DNA of 64,000 bases from Candidatus Babeliales bacterium (GTDB taxonomy: Bacteria; Babelota; Babeliae; Babelales; RVW-14): assembly GCA_019749895.1 (NCBI GenBank), contig JAIEPG010000005.1:6884-70883 (forward strand), read 5' to 3'. The translations under genes and the position numbers were made by a program. Each line of letters starts with the position of its first letter. The first letter of the stretch is position 1. Under the pieces are notes generated by a model. The model did no database searches, was not told where the DNA came from, and saw only the letters and a list, made by a program, of their open reading frames with translations. Below are positions 8,971 through 16,960 of the stretch, piece after piece.

Positions 8971-10235
8971 TATTGAAACCCTTCCGCCAAGAGCGCACGC
9001 GCACGCGCAACTGAAATATTTTTTTCAAGCACCATACAACTGGCCACAGCCTCAATTGCAGCACCGGTGGCGCCGGCAGTGATAGCAATATTTTGACTGT
9101 GCAGCCGCATATGGCCGTACTGAATGCCTTCGGTTACCAGCGCTCGCAGCGCAGCAAAATTTTGTGCCAAGCCCACCGCACCCACAACACCTGCCAACTC
9201 TTGCGCCGTTGCAACGCCAAGTATTTTAAGTGCTAAGCAGGCAGTTGGATGACTTTTGGTAATTCCGCCAACGGTTGCCACTGCCAGAGGCATTTCAACA
9301 TGCCCCACCAAATCACCCGCTTCATTTTTTTCATACCAACTGAGCGGCTGATAACTGCCCGTGCGAGCGGCATAACTATGCACACCCGCTTCGGCAGCAC
9401 GAGTATCGTTACCGGTTGCCAAGCACACAGCAACAACGCCGTTCATAATACCTTTGTTGTGCGTTGCCGCACGATAACTGTCGGCCGCTGCAAAGGCACT
9501 GGCTTGTACCATGGCATCGATGGTTGGCTGACCCAGCATTTCTTGCTTCCAGGTTGCAGCAACACGCACCACGCGCTCGGGAGAAAAATTGGAAACTATG
9601 CACAACCGCACCTGCCCGCCACACATTTTTTGGATCAGCGGGGCTATACGCTCGGCCATGGTATTTACAATGTTGGCGCCCATGGCATTGCCCACATTTA
9701 CACTCAATTTGATTGAGAGGCACAATTCGTTATTGATCAAGAGCTCGTGACCCACCACATCTACCGCCCCTCCGCCATGCTCAAGCAAGACTGGGTCGGC
9801 TTGATTGGCGTAGCTTAAAAGTTCGTTTTTGTGCGCATTAAGAGCCTGCAAGGCTTTGTAACAGTCGGGCACGCTTGCCAACAAAATTTGGCCGGTCATA
9901 AGCGGAAAACCGCCATGCGCAGTAAAGCCTCCGGCAACACGAGCAAGCTTAGCGCCGTACGAAGCAGCCGCAACCACACTAGGCTCTTCGGTAACCATGG
10001 GAATAAGATAATCATTGCCATTAACCATAAAATTGGTCGCTATGCTCAAGGGAAATGACATGACCGAAACAACATTTTCACTCATTTTTTGGGCATGAGA
10101 GATGGCCAAAGAAGCGCCAGACTGCAAGGCCTGAACCTCTTGATTAGTAAGATCGGCAAAGGCTTGAACATGCTGCAAGCGCTCTTCAACTGATTTTTTA
10201 TAAAAAGCGGGAAATCTACTGCACCTGTTTTTCAT
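8970..10235 (-). CDS. mvaA: HMG-CoA reductase, class II
   Basis: ~420 aa soluble form. SENVVSVMSFPLSIATNF, MVTEEPSVVAAAS (class II signature), VGNAMGANIVNTMAE, ATVGGITKSHP. ATG at 10235 preferred over TTG at 10250. Confidence 0.9.
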   Translation of the reverse strand: MKNRCSRFPAFYKKSVEERLQHVQAFADLTNQEVQALQSGASLAISHAQKMSENVVSVMSFPLSIATNFMVNGNDYLIPMVTEEPSVVAAASYGAKLARVAGGFTAHGGFPLMTGQILLASVPDCYKALQALNAHKNELLSYANQADPVLLEHGGGAVDVVGHELLINNELCLSIKLSVNVGNAMGANIVNTMAERIAPLIQKMCGGQVRLCIVSNFSPERVVRVAATWKQEMLGQPTIDAMVQASAFAAADSYRAATHNKGIMNGVVAVCLATGNDTRAAEAGVHSYAARTGSYQPLSWYEKNEAGDLVGHVEMPLAVATVGGITKSHPTACLALKILGVATAQELAGVVGAVGLAQNFAALRALVTEGIQYGHMRLHSQNIAITAGATGAAIEAVASCMVLEKNISVARARALLAEGFQ

Positions 10236-10459
10236 GCAACCACCACGCAAGCAAGCTTTGTTAGCTTGTTTTATGCCATTTAAGAAAAAGAATATCGTGA
10301 AAGGTAATGGATATCTTGCGCTCTGTCAATTAGTTACTACTACCGATACAAACCAAGCAAACCACACGCTTTCAATTTCTTTTATCAAAATCATTGATAA
10401 TAATATTTACTATTTGATATTTTAATAAGTAGTAGTATTAAAATAAAGAGGAGAGGCCC

Positions 10460-12016
10460 ATGAAGTCATTATGCTCATTAGTCAAATCGGTTACAACGCT
10501 TTTTGCTGTTGTAGCTCTATTTGTTGGTTCTGCCTTGTCGGCAGCATCAACAAATCCGCTTAATATTCCTACCAACTTTGCAAGCCAAGCCAATATCGAC
10601 GACCTTGCCACTGGCTATTTTAAGCAAATCAGCGGCATGTCGACCGTCGAAAACAAAATTCAAGCGCTCTCAACATTAATCGACCGCTCAGATCGCGCAA
10701 CGTTTAACGCCTCCACCCAAACGGCTTTTGGCAAACTCGTTGAAGACGCTTACAAAATGGCCACTTCAGAAAGTAGCCAACTATTGCTCTTGCCAGTACT
10801 TTCACAAGCACAGTCAAGCACGTTATTGGCACCAGTACAACAGAATTATGTCGCACAAAATATGATTTTTGGCGTTCTAAAAAACTTAATTACTACCGCT
10901 GCTCAAAAATCGACCTATCAAGATCGCTTAAATAGCCTTTCTGCCATTACCAACCCAAACAATTTTGTAACCAGACGCGGCTTGCGCATAACCCTTACGC
11001 AAGGCGTTCGCGATCTTTACTACCGAACATTGGTACAGTTGTACGAACAACGCACCAACCAAAGCAACCAAGCACAAGCACAACTGCGCGATATCATGCG
11101 CACAGCACTCAAAGGCAGCGTTCCTTTGCTCGACAACCGCCGCCGCCAATACGTAAGCCAACAGCTGTTACCAAAATTAGACGCTTTTAAAGAATTTAAA
11201 AAAGAAAGCACAACCACCAGCACAAGCGGAGCAACGGGCACTGGAGCAACAACTGGCACAACCACCGGTGGAACAACCGCAGGTACTGACAGCTCTGGCG
11301 TTCAAACAGGAGCTGGAAGCGCTACTGGCACTGGCACCTCGGGCACCGGCACAACTGCTGGCAGCCAACTGAGTGCTGGCAATGTTGCAGGCACGGGTAG
11401 TACCGACAGCCAATCAGGAACAGGTAGTGTTTCAGTTCCTGGTATTCCAGATGCTGGCACCGGCACAACCACAGGCACAACTGCAAGCTCAGGTAGCAAA
11501 ACAACGCCAGGTACCGGCAGCCTTGACGCTCAATTAGCAACAGCAACAGGAACAGGTACCTCGACAGCCGATACCAGTAACACGGTATTTAATGACGACA
11601 GAATTAAACGCTTATTAGACAGTATTGGTAAACAACCGCTCATCGAAAATCGCTTACGCTTTATGTCCAAGCTAACTGCAAAATCAGGCTCCGGAACCTT
11701 TAAGCCAGAAACACAACAAGCATACGCCGATCTCTTGGTAGAAGTAGCAAAACAAAGCAGAGAAGTTGCTACGCTTGCTCAAGACCTGCTCAAAGCAGCA
11801 AGCACCTCACCGTTACTCTCAACCAAACAACAAAAGTACGTAACATCAACCATGATACCACAGCAAACTCAACCACTTGCAACAGTAGAAACAACAATAC
11901 CTGGAGCAAAAAAACAAAAGGTCGCCAAAGTAAGAAAAGAACGTCGCGTTCAAAAGAGCGGTAAGCGCCAAGGAATAAAAGCAGGCAAAACCAAAAGAGC
12001 TGCTCAAAATCAGTAA
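10460..12016 (+). CDS. secreted protein with three copies of a novel ~80-aa module, a Thr/Gly-rich linker and a basic tail
   Basis: GAGGAG RBS, leader MKSLCSLVKSVTTLFAVVALFVGSALSAAS. Modules end in LLAPVQQNYVAQNMI, LLDNRRRQYVSQQLLP and LLSTKQQKYVTSTMIP. The T/G linker is roughly nt 11207-11585. C-terminal tail is KKQKVAKVRKERRVQKSGKRQGIKAGKTKR. Confidence 0.7.
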   Translation: MKSLCSLVKSVTTLFAVVALFVGSALSAASTNPLNIPTNFASQANIDDLATGYFKQISGMSTVENKIQALSTLIDRSDRATFNASTQTAFGKLVEDAYKMATSESSQLLLLPVLSQAQSSTLLAPVQQNYVAQNMIFGVLKNLITTAAQKSTYQDRLNSLSAITNPNNFVTRRGLRITLTQGVRDLYYRTLVQLYEQRTNQSNQAQAQLRDIMRTALKGSVPLLDNRRRQYVSQQLLPKLDAFKEFKKESTTTSTSGATGTGATTGTTTGGTTAGTDSSGVQTGAGSATGTGTSGTGTTAGSQLSAGNVAGTGSTDSQSGTGSVSVPGIPDAGTGTTTGTTASSGSKTTPGTGSLDAQLATATGTGTSTADTSNTVFNDDRIKRLLDSIGKQPLIENRLRFMSKLTAKSGSGTFKPETQQAYADLLVEVAKQSREVATLAQDLLKAASTSPLLSTKQQKYVTSTMIPQQTQPLATVETTIPGAKKQKVAKVRKERRVQKSGKRQGIKAGKTKRAAQNQ

Positions 12017-12030
12017 ATAGCTATTTATAA

Positions 12031-12064
12031 AGCCCGCTGCAGTTACTAGCTGCAGCGGGCTTTG
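12031..12064 (+). terminator. rho-independent terminator
   Basis: Perfect stem agcccgctgcag / ctgcagcgggct around a 6-nt loop, followed by ttt. Confidence 0.7.
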
Positions 12065-12139
12065 TTCATTGTAACTCTCAAAAGACCACCACCCCAAAAA
12101 TCTCTCTTTTTAACTAAAATCACCATTATTTATATCAAA

Positions 12140-12167
12140 TTGACAAATTGGCAATATTTGTTACTAT
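12140..12167 (+). promoter_or_regulatory. candidate sigma70-type promoter for the first array-A gene
   Basis: TTGACA (12140-12145), 16-nt spacer, TACTAT (12162-12167), ~70 nt upstream of ATG 12240. Confidence 0.35.
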
Positions 12168-12239
12168 TGGTATAGAAAGAGCGAAAAAGCTTCTTTGACC
12201 GATTTTGCAGTTTTATGCATAAAAATGAAAGGTTATATC

Positions 12240-13325
12240 ATGAAAAAATTTATGAACGCATTTATTATTGCCCTCGCACTTACCGCCAACGCACTGCCAG
12301 CGGCAGAACCAACGCTTGACGAGCTGCATGCTGCAATAGAACATAACAATATTCCCGTTCTTGATACTTTGCTTCAACAAAATCCAAACATTTTTGAGCT
12401 AGACATTGAAAAAGGAACACCGCTGCACTACGCAGTTAAAAAAAATAATCAAGAAGCTGTGCAAGCACTGCTCAACTACGCCACCCAAAAAAATCTGCTC
12501 TTCCATATTCTTGATAGTAGGGACTGCGATAACCTGACTCCTCTTGAATTTGCAGACCGCCTTGGTCGTACGGGCTGCGCAACCCTCATGCGTAAGTACC
12601 AAAACATGATCGCCTTTGACTATGACGAAGCTGGCAACGCACACCCACTGCCAACAACACCTGTACGCCAACCAGCTTCAAGAGATAATCAGCTCATCGT
12701 GTCCTACAGCACTCTAAACAAACCAATTAAATTGCGCACGGCCATAATCACCAAAAACGTCACCCAAGCTGAGGATCTTTTGACAGAGAACAAAGACCTC
12801 CTTTTAGACCAAGATAGCAATAAAGATACGCTTCTTCATGGCGCTGTCCTTGTGGATAGTTTTGAGTGTGCACAAGTAATACTTGCTCATGCACAACAGC
12901 AAAATGTCTTGAATGCAATCCTCAATGCTCAAAATGCACAGGGACAAACAGCTCTGCATATGGCTGTTATGAAAAAAACAGTGATGTTGATTGCAGACGA
13001 CGAAACGGTCAAGCCAACGAGCCACATGATCGAAGATTCGCGCTTTGCCCAAGAAATTATTGATTATGCCCAAACAAGCGGCACGCTCTCTTTGATTATC
13101 AACATGAGCGATAACAAAAACGAAACGCCACTCCACCTGGCGGCAAAGGCAAAAAATGACGTGTGCATTCGGCTTCTTCTTAGCCAAGGAGCTGACACCC
13201 AAGCCCGTAACTCAATGGGACTGAGTCCCGTTGATCTTCTGCGCAAACGTGAAGATGCCGATCTGATAACCCTTTTCAAAACACAACAGAAAAAACAAAA
13301 ACAGGAAAAGTGCGTAATTTGCTAA
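12240..13325 (+). CDS. secreted ankyrin-repeat protein A1, polybasic + CaaX (CVIC) C-terminus
   Basis: Leader MKKFMNAFIIALALTANALPAA. ANK units GTPLHYAVKKNNQEAVQALL and ETPLHLAAKAKNDVCIRLLLSQGAD. Ends KKQKQEKCVIC-stop. Confidence 0.85.
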   Translation: MKKFMNAFIIALALTANALPAAEPTLDELHAAIEHNNIPVLDTLLQQNPNIFELDIEKGTPLHYAVKKNNQEAVQALLNYATQKNLLFHILDSRDCDNLTPLEFADRLGRTGCATLMRKYQNMIAFDYDEAGNAHPLPTTPVRQPASRDNQLIVSYSTLNKPIKLRTAIITKNVTQAEDLLTENKDLLLDQDSNKDTLLHGAVLVDSFECAQVILAHAQQQNVLNAILNAQNAQGQTALHMAVMKKTVMLIADDETVKPTSHMIEDSRFAQEIIDYAQTSGTLSLIINMSDNKNETPLHLAAKAKNDVCIRLLLSQGADTQARNSMGLSPVDLLRKREDADLITLFKTQQKKQKQEKCVIC

Positions 13326-13361
13326 AGAAAAATAAAAATTAAGAACCAAAAAGGTTATATC

Positions 13362-14276
13362 ATGAAAAAATTTATGAGCCCACTAATTATCGCCCTTGCT
13401 CTTAACGCCAACGCACTGCCTGCAGCATCTAGTTACGGAGAAATCCCTGAAGTAGAATTAAGCAGAGCAATAAAATTAAACGATTTAGCTTCAATAACCT
13501 TCTGGATAAAAACAGCAAACTTACGTACACAAGATAGTGATGGCAATACACCACTTCACCTTGCCATTATTCATAACAACAAACAAGCAACAGCTGGTAT
13601 TATTTTTTCAGCACAAGAACAAAATATTCTTCCTCAAATCTTAAACATAGAGAATAACAAGGGAACTACACCGCTACAACTCGCACAACGTTCTAGCAAT
13701 AAAGAGCACCTAAAATTTATAGCCTCTATTGCCCCCGAAGAAGCACAATTTGTAAAACCCAAACAAAAAACTTTTCTTTTATTCAGGACAATAGGAACGA
13801 ACAACATTGATGAACTGAAACAATTACTGAGACAAGACAACCTCAAGCCAGCACTTCATTTTGCAACCAACAACAACAAACCTGAGTGCTTACATACAAT
13901 CTTGAGCTATGCACAGGAAAAAAACATGCTCTTAGAAACGCTCAGAACAACCAACGAACGCGGCCAAACAGCACTACATGTAGCAGCAATAAATGGCTTT
14001 ACGTTATGTATGCAAGAAATAGTTATGTTAGTACATAGTGATCCTGCAATACTGAATCTACGTGATAATAAAAACCAAACACCTCTTCATTTAGCTGCAC
14101 AACATGATCACGAAGAATGTGTTCGCATACTACTCGCCGCAGGCGCTGATACTGAATTTTCAGACACTCATGGCAATACAGCAGCTCAATGTGCTCGACA
14201 AAATAGACATGAAGACATTGCTATGATCATTGAGAAAAACGAAAAAAACAAAAAAGAAAAATGCGTCATTTGTTAA
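13362..14276 (+). CDS. secreted ankyrin-repeat protein A2, polybasic + CaaX (CVIC)
   Basis: Leader MKKFMSPLIIALALNANALPAA. GNTPLHLAIIHNN, QTALHVAAINGF, QTPLHLAAQHDHEECVRILLAAGAD. Ends KNKKEKCVIC-stop. Confidence 0.85.
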   Translation: MKKFMSPLIIALALNANALPAASSYGEIPEVELSRAIKLNDLASITFWIKTANLRTQDSDGNTPLHLAIIHNNKQATAGIIFSAQEQNILPQILNIENNKGTTPLQLAQRSSNKEHLKFIASIAPEEAQFVKPKQKTFLLFRTIGTNNIDELKQLLRQDNLKPALHFATNNNKPECLHTILSYAQEKNMLLETLRTTNERGQTALHVAAINGFTLCMQEIVMLVHSDPAILNLRDNKNQTPLHLAAQHDHEECVRILLAAGADTEFSDTHGNTAAQCARQNRHEDIAMIIEKNEKNKKEKCVIC

Positions 14277-14305
14277 TGAACGTTTATTTAAAAATAGGTT
14301 ATATC

Positions 14306-14848
14306 ATGAAAAAATTTATGAGCCCACTAGTTATCGCCCTTACACTTAGCACTAACACACTGCCTGCAGCATCAAGCTCTGCGGCAAGCGTACAGCCAGT
14401 AGCTGAGAGATATAGTAAACGTCTCTTTCAAGCTGTCGCAAACAACCAAATGTTCGAAGTATCTAAACTCATCAAAAAGGGCGCCAATCTTCTCGCTCAA
14501 AACGAAGAAGGTTTTACTGTTCTTTATCTAGCAGTGCTTCATAACAACATCGAATGCTTAAACACCATTATTCTTTATGCTCGAGAAAAGAATATCCTTA
14601 ACGAAGTACTTAATGCCCAAACAAGAGAATGGCGCCAAACTCCTCTTCATGCCGCCGCAGCAATGGATCGTAAATCGTGTGTACGTGCGCTCCTTGAAGC
14701 TGGTGCTAACACAACGCTTAAAAATGGAATGGGAAGAACAGCAGCAGAACACGGTCGGCACAACGATTATACAGAACTTGCTATGATTATTGAAAATTAT
14801 GGAAAAGAACCGAAGCAAGAAAAAAACAAAAAATGTATCATTAGTTAA
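14306..14848 (+). CDS. secreted ankyrin-repeat protein A3, polybasic + CaaX (CIIS)
   Basis: Leader MKKFMSPLVIALTLSTNTLPAA. FTVLYLAVLHNNIECL, QTPLHAAAAMDRKSCVRALLEAGAN. Ends KQEKNKKCIIS-stop. Confidence 0.85.
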   Translation: MKKFMSPLVIALTLSTNTLPAASSSAASVQPVAERYSKRLFQAVANNQMFEVSKLIKKGANLLAQNEEGFTVLYLAVLHNNIECLNTIILYAREKNILNEVLNAQTREWRQTPLHAAAAMDRKSCVRALLEAGANTTLKNGMGRTAAEHGRHNDYTELAMIIENYGKEPKQEKNKKCIIS

Positions 14849-14876
14849 AGAGATCATTTTACTCGCTAATAAAAAA

Positions 14877-14905
14877 GGGGCAGGAAATTCCTGCTCCTTT
14901 TTCTT
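14877..14905 (+). terminator. rho-independent terminator after A3
   Basis: ggggcagg-aaattc-cctgctcc stem-loop (8 bp, one G-U) followed by tttttc. Confidence 0.65.
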
Positions 14906-14929
14906 TGTCTCAATTTTTGGCAAGCTGGG
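14903..14929 (+). promoter_or_regulatory. copy 1 of the array-A intergenic promoter-like cassette
   Basis: ctttgtctcaatttttggcaagctggg aligns with the consensus TTTGCATAAATTTTTGGCATGMTACA seen at 15469, 16086, 19043 and 21273. Confidence 0.3.
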
Positions 14930-14977
14930 AAAAAACATAACAGATTTTTTCATGTCAAAAATTTTAGGAAAAAGAAT

Positions 14978-15442
14978 ATGAACAAAAAAATTGTCACGCT
15001 ACTTGCCCTTGCCCTTTCGCTCACCACACACGCCATGCCGGCAGCAACGCCAAACTACCGCCACCTCCTACAAGCAGTTAGTAGCAAAGATGACAATGGC
15101 GACAAAGTACGAGAACTTCTGACCAAAGGTGGCAATGCCAATGGTACAAGCCCGTTGGGCATGCCACTTCTTTTTTTGGCTGCTCGTGGAGGTAAAACAG
15201 AAGTTATGGCAGCTCTCATTGAAAACGGCGCAGTCGTAGACGCTCCAGAGAAAACAACCGGCATAACGCCGTTGCATGTTGCCACAAGGTACGGCCATGT
15301 TGATGCAGTCAAACTACTTCTTGAAAAAAAAGCTAACGTCCACCTTAAAAACAACGAAGGACAAACCGCGCTGGATATCGCTACACAACACCAACTCTCA
15401 GAAATTGTTGAGCTCTTAGAAGCCGCAGACCCATTAGAATAA
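14978..15442 (+). CDS. secreted ankyrin-repeat protein A4
   Basis: Leader MNKKIVTLLALALSLTTHAMPAA. ITPLHVATRYGHVDAVKLLLEKKAN, QTALDIATQH. Confidence 0.85.
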   Translation: MNKKIVTLLALALSLTTHAMPAATPNYRHLLQAVSSKDDNGDKVRELLTKGGNANGTSPLGMPLLFLAARGGKTEVMAALIENGAVVDAPEKTTGITPLHVATRYGHVDAVKLLLEKKANVHLKNNEGQTALDIATQHQLSEIVELLEAADPLE

Positions 15443-15468
15443 CCTTTTCATTTTCAGCATTCTCTTTT

Positions 15469-15495
15469 CTTATGCAACCGTTTTTTGGCATACTG
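15469..15495 (+). promoter_or_regulatory. copy 2 of the promoter-like cassette
   Basis: cttatgcaaccgttttttggcatactg. Confidence 0.3.
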
Positions 15496-15552
15496 AAAAA
15501 AATTTTCTGATGTCAAAAAATAGTAGATAGTGATTTAATGGAGATAGTTATC

Positions 15553-16020
15553 ATGAATAAAAAAATTACTCGCTCATTATGCGCAGCTCTTGCACTTGCC
15601 AGCAACACCCCCGCTACTCATTTAGCCGCCAGCGCTTATGAACTGCGCGAAGTAGCAAGATTTGGACAATGTTTTAGATTGCAGCAACTCATTAGCGTTC
15701 AGATCCCGGTAAATGAAGCCGACATAACAGGCTTAACGGCCTTGCACTGGGCTGCCCAAAACGGCCACTGGCGTTGCGTAGAACTACTCATTCGCGTTGC
15801 TCACGTTGATGCTCTCGATTGGACTCAAGAAACGCCGTTGCACAAAGCCGCGTGGAGCGGCAGCTACAAATGCACACAACTACTACTTAATGCCGGCGCT
15901 AATCCAGCAGCGGTAAATGAATTCGGCCAAACACCACTCGACATTGCACGCGAAAAAGATTTTCAAGCAATTATTGATATCTTACTTGACGCTGCACAAG
16001 AAACTACCAACGAGTATTAA
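15553..16020 (+). CDS. secreted ankyrin-repeat protein A5
   Basis: Leader MNKKITRSLCAALALASNTPA. LTALHWAAQNGHWRCVELLI, ETPLHKAAWSGSYKCTQLLLNAGAN. Confidence 0.85.
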   Translation: MNKKITRSLCAALALASNTPATHLAASAYELREVARFGQCFRLQQLISVQIPVNEADITGLTALHWAAQNGHWRCVELLIRVAHVDALDWTQETPLHKAAWSGSYKCTQLLLNAGANPAAVNEFGQTPLDIAREKDFQAIIDILLDAAQETTNEY

Positions 16021-16085
16021 TTTTTTTGCTTTCTCTTTTTTTTGATCCCATCAATACACGCAATAGTTACTATGTGCTCTTTTTT

Positions 16086-16150
16086 GTTTGCATAATTTTT
16101 TGGCATGATACAATGTGTCACTAAATATCACTAAAAAATTGTTTTTTTAG
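16086..16150 (+). promoter_or_regulatory. copy 3 of the promoter-like cassette plus conserved leader box
   Basis: TTTGCA-16nt-TGATACAAT (extended -10 like) followed by cactaaaaaattgttttt, a box repeated at 19524 and 21306. Confidence 0.45.
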
Positions 16151-16183
16151 TTCTTAACAACCCAAACACCAGGAGAGTATGTC

Positions 16184-16915
16184 ATGATCAAAAAAATTAC
16201 CGGCTCATTATTTATTGCACTCACCATCGTTAACACTGCAATGCCTGCAGCATCATCATTTTCAGATGATTGGAAAGAACAAAAAAATAACGCTCTTTTG
16301 GCCGCCATTAAAAAGGGCGTTGCTGTCACTAGCATAAGAAAACTTCTTGCTGATGGCGCTAATCCTGGTGTCAAAGATGATCTGGGCCAAACACCCCTTC
16401 ATCACGCAGCATCAATGGGCCGCCGCGCATACGTGGAAGAACTTCTTACACACGACATTAGTACTGAAACTAAAGACCCTGCTGGCTGGACCGCCCTCCA
16501 TTTTGCAGCAAACAACGGAAAACTTGTCTGCTTAGAAGTACTTATTGCAAATGGCGCAAAAATTGATACCCAAGCTGAAAATGGTGAAACACCCCTGCAC
16601 CAAGCTGCGTGGATGGGACACCCATCATGCCTCAATGCACTTCTTCAAGCAGGCGCAACTATTGAGGCTAAAGACCGCCTTGGTAAAACCGCATTGCACA
16701 AAGCTGCCTTCAACAACCACTTCACCTGCGTACAAGCTCTTATTGTAGCTGGCGCTAGCGTTAACGCTCTGGACAATAACGACAACACACCGCTTCATTT
16801 TGCCATACTGCGAGGCAACCATGAGTGCGCACAAGCGCTTCTTAGAGCCAACGCCGACACTGATATCATCAACAAAAAGGGCAAAACACCTGCTATGATG
16901 ACACCACAAGAATAA
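16184..16915 (+). CDS. secreted ankyrin-repeat protein A6 (five clear ANK units)
   Basis: Leader MIKKITGSLFIALTIVNTAMPAA. QTPLHHAASMG, WTALHFAANNGKLVCLEVLI, ETPLHQAAWMGHPSCLNALL, KTALHKAAFNNHFTCVQALI, NTPLHFAILRGNHECAQALL. Confidence 0.9.
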   Translation: MIKKITGSLFIALTIVNTAMPAASSFSDDWKEQKNNALLAAIKKGVAVTSIRKLLADGANPGVKDDLGQTPLHHAASMGRRAYVEELLTHDISTETKDPAGWTALHFAANNGKLVCLEVLIANGAKIDTQAENGETPLHQAAWMGHPSCLNALLQAGATIEAKDRLGKTALHKAAFNNHFTCVQALIVAGASVNALDNNDNTPLHFAILRGNHECAQALLRANADTDIINKKGKTPAMMTPQE

Positions 16916-16960
16916 GTTATTTTCTAATAAATCTAGATTAGTAAACAACAGGAGTTACTC

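Noticed and set aside
11207-11585. Periodic ggcac[ct]gg[ca]ac-type DNA repeats that superficially resemble a repeat array
   Set aside because: They are in-frame within the 10460-12016 CDS and encode a Thr/Gly-rich linker. There is no spacer-repeat organisation, so this is not a CRISPR or satellite.
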